Source: Microcoleus sp. (GTDB lineage: Bacteria; Cyanobacteriota; Cyanobacteriia; Cyanobacteriales; Microcoleaceae). Taken from it: 64,000 nucleotides of DNA. Of the stretch, positions 1-10,200 are shown in pieces (positions within the stretch are counted from its first letter, which is position 1; each line of letters begins with the position of its first letter). The DNA lies in NCBI GenBank assembly GCA_052279835.1, contig CP181291.1:2080001-2144000 (forward strand), written 5' to 3'. The notes under the pieces were generated by a model. That model was not told where the DNA came from, did not search any database, and saw only the letters and a list, made by a program, of their open reading frames with translations. The position numbers and the translations under genes were made by a program.

Positions 1-1
1 G

Positions 2-643
2 ATTTTAGACCGGGAAGGTAAGTCTTTGGTCGCTTTGAATACGATGCTCTGTGCAGGGGATATTAACGAGCAGTTGGTGCAGCGGAAAATGGAAATTCGA
101 GAGGATGCTGCTAATCGGATTATCTGGAATGGGGTAATGACTAAAGCAGTGGCGATCGCCCTTAATCCAATTACTGTAATTGATATCCTCAGCGGTGCTG
201 TAATTGACGTGGTGATGATCTTAACTCTGTCTAAAGTTTACGGCATTGCCATGACGGAAGCGGGAGCAGTGGAATTGTTACAAAAAATTGCCATTAGTAT
301 GGGGGGAATTACGGCGGGGGAATTGGTGGCGAATTTTGGTTTGAGTTCTTTGAAAGGATTGTTGGGTTTAGCAACACCGGCAACCGGGGGTTTAGCTTTA
401 GGACCTTATGTTTCAGTAGCTATGACGCAAGCTGCGATTGGGGGAGTTTCTTGCTACGGAATCGGTCAAGTTACTAAGGCTTATTTGGCTAATGGTGCTT
501 CTTGGGGAGATGATGGGCCCAAAGCTGTTGTCACCAAGATTTTGTCTTCTTTGGATGATGATTCTATTTTAAATAGGATTAAGGAGGAGTTGCGGGCCAA
601 GCTGGATTTGAGGGAAGAAGCAAGAAGGAAGGATCAAAGTTGA
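2..643 (+). CDS. GTP-binding/DUF697 (YcjF-like) protein, C-terminal part (5' truncated by window)
   Basis: Frame is open from base 2 (ILDREGKSLVALN...). AVAIALNPITVIDILSGAVIDV and the following hydrophobic helices resemble cyanobacterial GTPase-DUF697 proteins. Confidence 0.7.
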   Translation: MLDREGKSLVALNTMLCAGDINEQLVQRKMEIREDAANRIIWNGVMTKAVAIALNPITVIDILSGAVIDVVMILTLSKVYGIAMTEAGAVELLQKIAISMGGITAGELVANFGLSSLKGLLGLATPATGGLALGPYVSVAMTQAAIGGVSCYGIGQVTKAYLANGASWGDDGPKAVVTKILSSLDDDSILNRIKEELRAKLDLREEARRKDQS

Positions 644-717
644 CACTCCTGGGTCTTAAGCCATGGGGATTCTTGAATCTATCTCCCGTTATACTGAAGG
701 TTAACGGGAGGGGACTG
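640..717 (-). mobile_element. Gene-less IS200/IS605-derived miniature element (orphan right end plus second hairpin)
   Basis: Reverse complement reads AAGAATCCCCATGGCTTAAGACCCAGGAGTGTCAA, similar to the right end at 2008-2042. Extra hairpin CTCCCGTTA/TAACGGGAG at 683-710. Confidence 0.65.
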
Positions 718-789
718 CTGATGAGATGGGATGGAGTTTATCCAAAATTTGGGTTGAAAACCCCGTCCTTTAGCGTAGCGGAGGACGGC

Positions 790-818
790 TTGACACTCTT
801 GACCAAACAATTTACCAT
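790..818 (+). promoter_or_regulatory. sigma70-like promoter for tnpB
   Basis: TTGACA-N17-TACCAT just upstream of tnpB. Confidence 0.55.
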
Positions 819-830
819 ACTAAATGTAGT

Positions 831-2027
831 GTGGTAAGCAAAATGTTAAAAGCATTCAAGTACAGAATCTATCCGACGGGTGAACAATCCGTTTTGCTTG
901 CCAAGTCGTTTGGCTGTGCTAGATGGTTTTACAACTACGCTCTCAATCTAACATCCGAAACTTACAAACAAACTGGAAAAGGATTAAGCAGAAACGAAAT
1001 AATCAAGCTTCTGCCTTCCCTAAAAAAAGAGTATGAGTGGTTAAGCGAAGTCCCATCGCAGGTATTACAGCAAGCCGCTTTAAATCTTTCTGGTGCTTTC
1101 CTTAATTTTTTTGAAGGTAGAGCTAAATATCCTAACTTCAAGAAAAAGCAAAATAGGCAGTCGATTAGATTTCCTCAGCACTGTCAGTTAAAAAATGATG
1201 TTCTGGTATTACCTAAAATCGGCAAAGTCTATTGCAAAGTTTCACGGCAACCCGAGGGAGATTTAAAGTCGGTTACGGTTTCAGTTAATCCATCAGCAGA
1301 ATATTTTGCATCTTGTCTTTATGATGATGGTCAGGATTTGCCCCAAAAATCATCAGAAGGAAAAGCTATCGGGATAGACGTTGGACTAACTCATTTTGCG
1401 ATTACATCAGATGGGACTAAACATGGGAACCCTAAATACTATCGTAACTACGAACGAAGATTAGCGAGGAGACAACAGAAACTTAATCGCAAGCAAAAAG
1501 GCTCTAATAACCGCAATAAAGCTAGAGTTAAAGTTGCTAAAGTTCACTCTAAAATCCTTCGTAGTCGTGAAGATTTTCTCCACAAGCTAAGTCGTAAATT
1601 AGTTGACGAAAACCAAGTCATAGTGGTCGAAAATCTAGCCGTCAGCAACATGGTCAAAAACCCTAAACTAGCAAAATCAATTAGTGATGCTGGCTGGGGT
1701 CAATTCTTTACTATGTTGAAATACAAGGCTGAATGGGAAGGAAAAATCTATCTAGAAGTTGACAGATTTTTCCCCAGTTCCAAGACCTGTAGTAACTGCT
1801 TAAATCGTGTTGATAGTTTGAGCAGAGATATTCGTAGTTGGCAATGCCTTAAGTGTGGAGAAAACCACGATAGAGACATCAATGCCGCTAAGAATATTCG
1901 GGATGAAGGGTTACGAATTCTGGCGGTAGGGCATACCGCCACTGCTTCGGGAGGGAGAGTAAGACCAAGTAAAGGCACTGCTTTTGCAAGGCATCTCCCT
2001 GTGAATGAAGAATCCCCACGTCTTTAG
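831..2027 (+). CDS. tnpB: RNA-guided endonuclease TnpB
   Basis: N-terminal KAFKYRIYPT; RuvC motifs IGIDVG, VVENL, DRDINAA; zinc ribbon SKTCSNC...WQCLKC. Start is GTG831 or ATG843. Confidence 0.95.
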   Translation: MVSKMLKAFKYRIYPTGEQSVLLAKSFGCARWFYNYALNLTSETYKQTGKGLSRNEIIKLLPSLKKEYEWLSEVPSQVLQQAALNLSGAFLNFFEGRAKYPNFKKKQNRQSIRFPQHCQLKNDVLVLPKIGKVYCKVSRQPEGDLKSVTVSVNPSAEYFASCLYDDGQDLPQKSSEGKAIGIDVGLTHFAITSDGTKHGNPKYYRNYERRLARRQQKLNRKQKGSNNRNKARVKVAKVHSKILRSREDFLHKLSRKLVDENQVIVVENLAVSNMVKNPKLAKSISDAGWGQFFTMLKYKAEWEGKIYLEVDRFFPSSKTCSNCLNRVDSLSRDIRSWQCLKCGENHDRDINAAKNIRDEGLRILAVGHTATASGGRVRPSKGTAFARHLPVNEESPRL

Positions 2028-2038
2028 ACTGGGGAGTG

Positions 2039-2881
2039 TCAATCCACCGATTCGACGATCGGTACGGTCGATCGCACCACCGTCGGCAGTACAATTTTCT
2101 CCACCGCAGGAGTACAGCCTAGCCACTGCACAGACACTTCGGCAAACTGCTCTGGCTGGCCACTCACGCAAAAACGAGTAGGCAAAGCAGTACCTGAATT
2201 CCGCAGCCCTAAAAGCTCTAATTCCTGAGCAGCAGCAGCCACTACCCGCACCGCCGGATCGATTAAATTGACCCCAGCAGGTAACAGCGATCGCAACACT
2301 GGAGCCAACAGTGGATAATGAGTGCAGCCGTAAATCAGCGTATCGATACGCTGCTGAATCAAAGGAGCTAAATATTCCCGCGCTACCTCAGTAGTGTAAG
2401 GATCGTAAATGCGGTTTTGCTCCACCAGTGGCACAAAAGCCGGACAGCTAACTTGCCACACTCGGCAAGAATTTTCCATTTCCAAAATCGCATTGCGATA
2501 AGCATTGCTAGCCGCTGTAGCAGGAGTGGCGATGACTCCAATCCGCTTCCCTTGCTGTACCGCAGCCTGGGCTCCCGGCAGAATTACTCCCAGCACCGGA
2601 ATATCAAATTCAGCCTGCACCATTTCCATCGCCAAAGCCGAACTGGTGTTGCAGGCCATAATCACCATTTTCACATCCTGTTCCACCAGCCAAGTCATAA
2701 TTTCCCGCACAAACTGCACAATCTCCGCAGCAGTACGAGTGCCATAGGGAACCCTCGCCGTATCTCCAAAATAAAGTATTGATTCCTTGGGTAATTGTCG
2801 GTACAACTCCCTCAAGACAGTTAAACCACCTACCCCGCTATCAAAAATACCGATTCTTTGTTGTCCAGAGTCTGTTGTCAT
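2039..2881 (-). CDS. murI: glutamate racemase
   Basis: IGIFDSGVGGLTV, ACNTS and GCTHYP motifs. Confidence 0.97.
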   Translation of the reverse strand: MTTDSGQQRIGIFDSGVGGLTVLRELYRQLPKESILYFGDTARVPYGTRTAAEIVQFVREIMTWLVEQDVKMVIMACNTSSALAMEMVQAEFDIPVLGVILPGAQAAVQQGKRIGVIATPATAASNAYRNAILEMENSCRVWQVSCPAFVPLVEQNRIYDPYTTEVAREYLAPLIQQRIDTLIYGCTHYPLLAPVLRSLLPAGVNLIDPAVRVVAAAAQELELLGLRNSGTALPTRFCVSGQPEQFAEVSVQWLGCTPAVEKIVLPTVVRSTVPIVESVD

Positions 2882-2890
2882 TGGTTGATT

Positions 2891-3026
2891 ATTAGTTGTT
2901 AGTTGGCAGTTGGCAGTTGGCAGTTGCGGTGCCCGCTCGCGTAGTCGAAGGGTTAGTTGGCAGTTGTTAGTTGTTAGTTGTTAGTTGTTAGTTGGCAGTT
3001 GCTACCAATTACCAATTACCAATTAC
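2891..3026. repeat. Heptamer short tandem repeats (GTTGGCA, GTTGTTA, CCAATTA) with a ~26-bp GC-rich insert
   Basis: Directly visible tandem 7-mers; non-repeat insert at about 2927-2952. Confidence 0.85.
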
Positions 3027-3044
3027 CCTCTCTCCGGCAATATA

Positions 3045-4523
3045 TTATCTTTGCTGAAGATACAGCAAAATGCCACGGGCGATCGAAGCAGCCATTTGAC
3101 TGCGGTAAGCTGGATCGGAAAGCTTGGCAGCATCCTCCGCACCAGTCACAAACCCAACTTCCAGCAATACAGAAGGCATAGTAGTCTTTCTGAGAACATA
3201 AAACCTAGCCTGTCGCACTCGGCGGTCATCTGCCCCCGTCCCCTGCAAAATACTGGCGTGAATCGTCCTGGCCAAATCTAGTCCATTCTCGAAATAGTAC
3301 GTCTCAATCCCGCTCACATCCGGCCGACTCATGTTAATAGCATTGGCGTGAATGCTCACGAATAAAGTAGCATTTAGTCGCTCGGCCAAAGAAACTCTTG
3401 GTTCCAGGTCAATTTCGCTGTCGTCAGTTCTACTCATCACCGCTTGTACCCCTTGCTGTTCCAGGATGCGGGCTACTTGAAATGAGATATCCAAAACGAT
3501 GTCCTTTTCCTGAATTCCGCCAATCCCTACAGCACCGGGATCGCGGCCACCGTGGCCTGGATCGAGGACTACTACTGAGCGGCGGTTAGAAACTGGGGGC
3601 AAATCGGTAGAGCCGGTCATGGTTCTCGGCAACGGCTGGGGGTTGCGAGTTCGATCGACTGGTGGCTGCATACTAGGATAGGAGCGAACAGGAGGGTCTA
3701 CCGTCAGCCGGCGAGGGGTGGTGGGTGTCCTTGCACCCGCAGGTACTAGGGCAATGGAGCCCAAACTGGTTACAGATGCTCGCCACTGTGTGTTAGAACT
3801 ATTCATCCGCAAAGTGACGCGGGTAACGGGGGGATCTGTTGGCAGTTGCCGGACTTCAATCCGTTCTACGCCGTGTTTGCCGTTAGTCTGGGGCTGTTGG
3901 CTGTTAAGGCCAGGAGCGAGAGTTGCGCCTTCAATATCTAGGGTGGCGATGTCCCCTGCGCGACTTTGTTGAAAGTTAATTTGGGGGCGACCACCTACGG
4001 TGCGGACTAAAAAACCGTCTGCTGTTACCTGAACGTTCTGAACTACAGTCGTTTCAGCGGTATTGGATGCCGTTGCAGATGGATCTACGGACAATCTTTC
4101 CCCACCTAATTGGGAACTGGAATTGGAATTTTCGGCTCGCGTTGGCGTTGGCAAATCCACTGTCCACTCGCTGGGAGAAATACCTCGAAATTTTACTTGA
4201 GCAGGGTCGATCGTAAATCCGTCTTTTAACTCAACCACTATTCTGGTGGTATCGTCGTCAAACTGCCCTAAACGCACGGATTCGATCGCCCCTGAGAAGG
4301 GCTGATTTAGGGATTGACGGCCCAGACTTGTCCCTGGTAAATCGATCACCAATCGGGTTGGGTTGAATATCAGTTGAGCCTTGGGTTGTACTCCCCCATC
4401 TGTTGTAATGTAAAGCCGGTTCTGTGAAGCATCAAACCGCCAAGATTGCAGTCTTGCTGCTTGGGCGGCTCCGGTGAGCAAAAATACACCTAAGAAACTC
4501 GGTAGTAGCCAGTGGAATTTCAC
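3045..4523 (-). CDS. amiC: N-acetylmuramoyl-L-alanine amidase (signal peptide, AMIN domain(s), Amidase_3)
   Basis: PTRLVIDLPG (AMIN); VVLDPGHGGRDPGA, SIHAN and LLEVGF motifs; adjacent to murI as in filamentous cyanobacteria. Confidence 0.9.
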   Translation of the reverse strand: MKFHWLLPSFLGVFLLTGAAQAARLQSWRFDASQNRLYITTDGGVQPKAQLIFNPTRLVIDLPGTSLGRQSLNQPFSGAIESVRLGQFDDDTTRIVVELKDGFTIDPAQVKFRGISPSEWTVDLPTPTRAENSNSSSQLGGERLSVDPSATASNTAETTVVQNVQVTADGFLVRTVGGRPQINFQQSRAGDIATLDIEGATLAPGLNSQQPQTNGKHGVERIEVRQLPTDPPVTRVTLRMNSSNTQWRASVTSLGSIALVPAGARTPTTPRRLTVDPPVRSYPSMQPPVDRTRNPQPLPRTMTGSTDLPPVSNRRSVVVLDPGHGGRDPGAVGIGGIQEKDIVLDISFQVARILEQQGVQAVMSRTDDSEIDLEPRVSLAERLNATLFVSIHANAINMSRPDVSGIETYYFENGLDLARTIHASILQGTGADDRRVRQARFYVLRKTTMPSVLLEVGFVTGAEDAAKLSDPAYRSQMAASIARGILLYLQQR

Positions 4524-5021
4524 GACAGTTTTTCCTCGTTTGCGTTGCTGCCTTTATCTGGAAGGGTGATGCTTTGCCCAAAGTATTTCAGGATTTGGCT
4601 GAAAGATGATGATTGGGGCGATCGCCGTTTCTCAGTTTTGGGCTAAATTGACTTTTTTATGCCTTAAGAGACTCACCGATGCCAGATTTTGGCACATAGT
4701 CGCCCTGTGAGAGGCTGGTGGCCCATCAGTCCAAAGTTGATAGAAAGATTGCCGTACAAGGGAACATATTTATTTTTGGCAGCATAAAACGAGCTATTTC
4801 TGGAAGCTCGAAGGTAGAAGTTAGAAGGTAGAATTTTACGGTTATTCAAAGGAGCAATTTCAGGCATCGGATGCGATCGAGGGACGCGGGCTCAGTGAAA
4901 TAGAATATCACCATTAGTAATTCATACTTGGTCAGATTTTTTTATGCTTGCTGTTGGCTGTTGACTGTTGGGTAGTCCAAGGTATCGGTACCGCTACTAA
5001 CTAATGACCACTGACCACTGA

Positions 5022-5996
5022 CTAATGACTACTGACTACTGACTTAAGTTCAAATTTCCCGGCGATCCAGTTCAAAATTTCTTGATTTACTTGTTCCGGG
5101 CATTCATCCTGGGGACAGTGGCCAGCATTATCTAATTCCACTAACTCTACATAATCGGGGCTGCATTCGACAAATTTATGAGGCTTCGCAAACTGGGGGG
5201 GAATCATCCGGTCTTGCCGACCCCAAATTAATAACATCGGAATTTTTAAGTTTCGTAACACACTCTTGACACTAGGTCCGAACTGTGAACTACCCACAGC
5301 TTTAAATAAAGCACAGAAGGCTCTGGCGGAACCTCGATCGCCAGCCGGGCCGGAGAGAATATCTACTAATTCATCGGTGATGGCATCGGGGCCCGAATAG
5401 GCAAACGCGGCCCAGCGACGCACAAAAGAAGGCTTGCGGACTAGGTAGAACAGGGGCCTGAGTATGAGGGGGGAAACAAAGATACTTTCGACAAGTTCGA
5501 TCGCGGGTAACAGCCACGACGGCACGGCGTCGGCTCGTACAGAGGGGTCTGGGAGGCTAATCATCACGATGCCAGCCACCATATCGGGGTGAGCCGCCGC
5601 CGCCGCCAGACAAATCAGGGAACCGATGGAATTTCCCACCAAAATTACCGGCTTTCGGACAAAAGTCAACCAAAAGTCATAAACTTGATCGACCCATACA
5701 GATACAGAGTAATTCAGGGGTGCTTTTTGGGAAGCTCCAAACCCCAACAAATCCAAGGCGTAAACTGTGTGAGATTCGGCGAGGGCAGCGAGATTGTGTC
5801 GCCAATGACCGATGGAAGCCCCAAACCCGTGCAGTAGAATTATGGGCGTGGTGAAATCGGCAATTGCGATCGTGCCTTGATTTGGCTGCGAAGGGGAACG
5901 AGAGGGACGCAAATAAGTATAGCGAGTTTGCCAACCACGCCATACCCAGTCTCTTTGAGTGCCAACCCGTTGGTGCCAGTGAAGAGAATTTGTCAA
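5022..5996 (-). CDS. alpha/beta fold hydrolase
   Basis: LLHGFGAS, GNSIG nucleophile elbow, AGHCPQDE. Confidence 0.9.
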   Translation of the reverse strand: MTNSLHWHQRVGTQRDWVWRGWQTRYTYLRPSRSPSQPNQGTIAIADFTTPIILLHGFGASIGHWRHNLAALAESHTVYALDLLGFGASQKAPLNYSVSVWVDQVYDFWLTFVRKPVILVGNSIGSLICLAAAAAHPDMVAGIVMISLPDPSVRADAVPSWLLPAIELVESIFVSPLILRPLFYLVRKPSFVRRWAAFAYSGPDAITDELVDILSGPAGDRGSARAFCALFKAVGSSQFGPSVKSVLRNLKIPMLLIWGRQDRMIPPQFAKPHKFVECSPDYVELVELDNAGHCPQDECPEQVNQEILNWIAGKFELKSVVSSH

Positions 5997-6242
5997 TTTT
6001 GTCTACTCTCGCAACATAAATTTACAATCAACAATACCTATTCTACAGGCCAAATAGAAGGAATTGGGGACTTGCTCAAGCCCATGGCCAGAGAGGAGAG
6101 GTAAAGGGGTTTTAGTTAGTTCTGGAGGTTTTACCCTAAATTATTGACCATGGTGTCATGCTTCAGGGGCAAGCGGGAGTCGCGCGTGTGAAGTTAAAAT
6201 AAAACTAAGCAGAAACTCAACCAGACTGAGTAGAATGGCAAG

Positions 6243-6478
6243 TATAATGTTTACCCCTGCCCAAAAGCAAGGGGCTTCAGGCGTTACTGCTTCTGGAGTC
6301 GTTGACGAGCCTCTTATGTTCTAGATCAATTAGATCAATGGTGTTTGCGAGATTTTTCTGCTGACATCGGTTGATACGCCTTGGTTGAGAACTGATCTCA
6401 ACTAATAAATTTGTTAGCAAAAGTTAGCAAAAAAGTATCGAAAGCCTCACTATTAAACTATTGCTTGCACAACAATTC
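6243..6478 (+). promoter_or_regulatory. TATAAT -10 box and long, potentially structured leader upstream of infC
   Basis: TATAAT at 6243-6248; pairings AGGCGT/ACGCCT, GGTGTT/GACATC and GTTGAGA/TCTCAAC. Confidence 0.4.
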
Positions 6479-7015
6479 ATGCCTGTGATTGAAAGAAGAC
6501 AAAATCGTAACCTCCCCCAGATTAATGAAAACATTCGATACCCCAAAATCCGGGTGATCGATACCGATGGCGCGCAACTAGGGATATTGACTCCTTCAGA
6601 AGCACTGCGCCTCGCTGAGGAAAAAGAACTCGACCTCGTACTTGTCAGCGACAAAGCTGACCCGCCGGTATGCCGGGTGATGGACTACGGGAAGTACAAA
6701 TTCGAGCAAGAGAAAAAAGCGCGGGAAGCAAAGCGGAAGCAGCACACTGCCGACGTCAAGGAAGTGAAGATGCGCTACAAAATTGAAGAACACGACTATC
6801 AAGTGCGCCTCAAACTAGCAGACCGCTTTATCAAATCTGGGGACAAAGTAAAAGCCACGATCATGTTCAGAGGTCGGGAAATCCAACACAGTAACCTAGC
6901 AGAGGACTTGCTCAAGCGCATGGCTACGGATTTGCAAGAAATTGCCGAAGTGCAGCAAGCCCCGAAAAAAGAGGGACGTAGTATGATGATGCTGCTGTCG
7001 CCGAAGAAAGTATAG
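6479..7015 (+). CDS. infC: translation initiation factor IF-3
   Basis: [43 protein letters not shown]; exact start codon uncertain. Confidence 0.97.
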   Translation: MPVIERRQNRNLPQINENIRYPKIRVIDTDGAQLGILTPSEALRLAEEKELDLVLVSDKADPPVCRVMDYGKYKFEQEKKAREAKRKQHTADVKEVKMRYKIEEHDYQVRLKLADRFIKSGDKVKATIMFRGREIQHSNLAEDLLKRMATDLQEIAEVQQAPKKEGRSMMMLLSPKKV

Positions 7016-7045
7016 ATATATAGTTAGTCATCAGTCATCAGTCTT

Positions 7046-7116
7046 TAGACATCTCCCAAAAAGCCTGCTCTTAACAGGCCCGATGCCTGTTCCACCATAA
7101 TTATGGGAGATGTCTA
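7046..7116. repeat. MITE-like element with 13-bp terminal inverted repeats
   Basis: TAGACATCTCCCA ... TGGGAGATGTCTA enclosing AACAGGC...GCCTGTT palindrome. Confidence 0.75.
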
Positions 7117-7206
7117 TTAGTCCTTAGTTCATCAACTGGTGACTGATAGCTGATGACTTCCGTAGTTACTCAGGAATAAGCTACCACACAGGAAAATCAA
7201 CGCTGC

Positions 7207-10200
7207 ATGGACAATTTTCAAATCAGCGGTTCAGGGGGTGTCAGACAAGGGATGCTACGATCGCTAAACCTGCGATCGGAAGAAGTAGAGCGAACCGCAC
7301 TGATGTTCCTTGTCTACAGTTTAACTTCCGTAGGGCTAATCTGGCTGGAACTCAGCACAGTAGGTCTGTTTCTAGACGAATTTGGTGCCGACAAAATGCC
7401 CTGGATTTACATAGCCAGCGCCTTCATCGGTTCCGGTTTAGGCTTTGTGTACTCCTGGCTGCAAAAAATCCTGCCCTTGCGGCGCACCGTGGTAGTCGTT
7501 CTGGGAATGATGTCGGTACCGCTATTCCTGTTTCGATTCGGCATCGGCTACGAAGATATTAAGATAGCTGGAATCAGCATCGCCTTCATTACAATATTCC
7601 TGATGTGGCTGTGGGTGGAAGCTTGTTATGTGCTCAATGACCTCAACACTTCCATCACATCCAACCAACTCTTCAACATCAGAGAAATTAAACGCACCTA
7701 TCCCCTCGTCAGCAGTGGCTATTTAGTAGCTGGAGTAGTCAGCGGATTTTCTCTACCGGTGTTGCTGCACGTAGTGGGTTTGAAAAATGTGACCCTGATA
7801 TCGGGGTTAATGGTTGCCACCGGCTCGATATTGCTGTATTACCTCACGGAAAAATACCGCCAAGCATTCCCAGAAACAGCCCATTGGACAGATGACGAAG
7901 ACGAAGACGACAATCAAGAATTTACCGCCCGCAAAGTTACAGGCCCGCTGCAAAAATACGCCATACCTCTAGTTAGCTTTTTCGTACTGGCAGAAGTCCT
8001 CTACGTCTTAGTAGATTTCCAATTTTATAGCCAGCTAGAATACCAAAACCCAGGGGATGGGGCTAGTTGGATAGCTAGCTTCCTGGGCATTTATGAAGGG
8101 ATTCAAGGGTTGTTTCAAGTGGGGACTCAGTGGTTTGCATCCAGCCGCTTGGTGGAAAGAATTGGAGTATTCGTCACAGCGATGATTCTACCCGCGGGGA
8201 TAGCGATACTGGGAGTGCTGACTCTGGGAGCATCTTTGGGAAACTTAGTACCAGTTTTTATCGGACTGGTATTTCTGAGGTTTCTAGACGAACTGCTGCA
8301 CTACACGCTGTTGGAAACGGTGAGTCCGGTATTGTTCCAACCAATCCCGGATAATATTCGATCGGGAATCCAAACTTTGGTCAACGGTGTTGGCGAACCT
8401 TTGTCCTGCGGAGTGACTGGTGTCGGCATCCTGATTCTACTGTGGGTGACAAACCATATACTCCCTCACGAAAGCGAAAATCAGTTTCACGACGAGCAAA
8501 GCTTGGTGTTTATTGCTGTCATCGTTCTGCTGTCGCTGGTGTGGCTGTTCGTGGTCTGGCTGATCCGTTCTCAATACGTCGGTTTGTTGGTCAAAAGTGC
8601 AGAACGGGGACGCTTGGGTGTCACTGACGTGGACTTGAAAGCCTTGAAACGGGCAGTAGTAGAAACTTTGGAACAGCCGGGAGGGGAAGATGACAAGCGT
8701 TCTTGTATAGAACTGTTGACCCAAATTGACCCCAAAAATGTTGGTGAAGTCTTGGCACCGATTCTGGAATCTTTGCCACCATCCTTGCAGCGCCAAAGCC
8801 TGGAAACGATGCTGCAACACCCGAACCCTGCATATTTGGAGGCTGTTCGTAACCTGAGCGACCAATCCCTGCCCCCGGAAGTGCTGGCTTTGGCCCTACG
8901 GTACATCTGGCTGACAGATGCAGAACCAAATATCGACAGTTTGCGATCGTATTTGCAGCCGACTGTGGACCCGGTAGTTCGGGGGACTGCTGCTGCTTTA
9001 ATTATGAGAAGGGGCGATCGCCAGCAAAAAGCAGAAGCTACTAATACTCTGCGACAAATGCTGACTCACAAGCAAGAGCGGGAACGTGTGATGGGGACGC
9101 GGGCTCTGGGAGAGGCTGACTATCTCCAAGGACTGCGTTTGTATATACCAAATCTGTTGCAAGATGAATCTTTGCGGGTGCGGTGCGCTCTGTTGGATGT
9201 GATTTCTTCTACTCATTCGGAAGAGTATTATCCTTCTCTGATCCGCGGACTCGGTTACAAATCGACCAGGGAATCTGCTTTGCAGGCGATAGTCAAACTT
9301 CACAATGATGCGATTGGGCTACTGGTTCATTTAGCAGAAGATATCCACAAATCGGATTTGGTGAGGTTGCAGGCCTGGACGGCTTTGGGTCAAATTGGGA
9401 CTGTAGAGGCGATCGACATTCTGGTTGGTAATTTAATCACTGCTTGGGGAACGACCAGGCGCAATATCCTCCGCATTCTGTTGAAAATGCCCTCAGAAAC
9501 GGGGATAGAAGGGGTTCTAGACCGCATCGGACGCAGTGGGGTCGAAACTCTCATTGAACAGGAGTTAATGTTTATCGGTCAAATTTACGCAGGTATGGTG
9601 GATTTGTCTGGGGTCACAACCTACGGCAACTTGTCAATGGAAGATGTCAACAGCGACTCGGAACCTGCGGCGGATACGGCTCAATTGTTGAGGCGTGCCC
9701 TGGCGGGTTTAGAGGCTGATGCTACAGATCGGTGTTTCTTGCTGATGAAGTTTCTGTATCCCCTAGATACTGTGCAAGCGGCGGCTTTTAATATCGCTTC
9801 TGGTCAACCTTCTCTGGTTGCTAGGGGATTGGAAATTTTGGACAATACTGTTGATATAGCCAGTAAGCGATCGCTCATCAACCTATTGGATCAGCATTCG
9901 GAAAGAGAAAAACTGAGCAATCTCTCGGAATTGATGGTGTACAAACCCTTAGCTCCTAGCGATCGTTTGCGGCGCTTGCTAGAATTGCGTCACTTCCTTT
10001 CGGATTGGACATTGGCTTGTTGTTTTCATTTGGCTAGGGAAGCCCGCTGGACTCTCACCGCTCAACAAACTTTGGTCTGTCTGCGCCATCCTACAGGTTT
10101 TGTGCGGGAAGCAGTGTTAGCCTATTTGAAAATAGCCTCGCCCAGGGCTTTGCTGGAATTGCTACCGAGGCTGCAAAATGACCCCGATCGTCTAGTATCA

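Larger units (their letters stand above)
742..2042 (+). mobile_element. IS200/IS605-family tnpB-only (IS1341-like) element
   Basis: TTTAT at 737-741; AAAA guide at +16..+19 before left-end hairpin CCGTCCT...AGGACGG; right end GAATCCCCACGTCTTTAGACTGGGGAGTGTCAA ending in TCAA. Confidence 0.85.

Noticed and set aside
831..2027. Nuclease-dead TnpB (TldR) or Cas12f
   Set aside because: All three RuvC acidic residues are intact in both TnpBs, IS ends are present, and there is no CRISPR array.
6255..6410. 6S RNA (ssaA)
   Set aside because: No recognisable similarity to cyanobacterial 6S RNA; kept only as an unassigned leader candidate.
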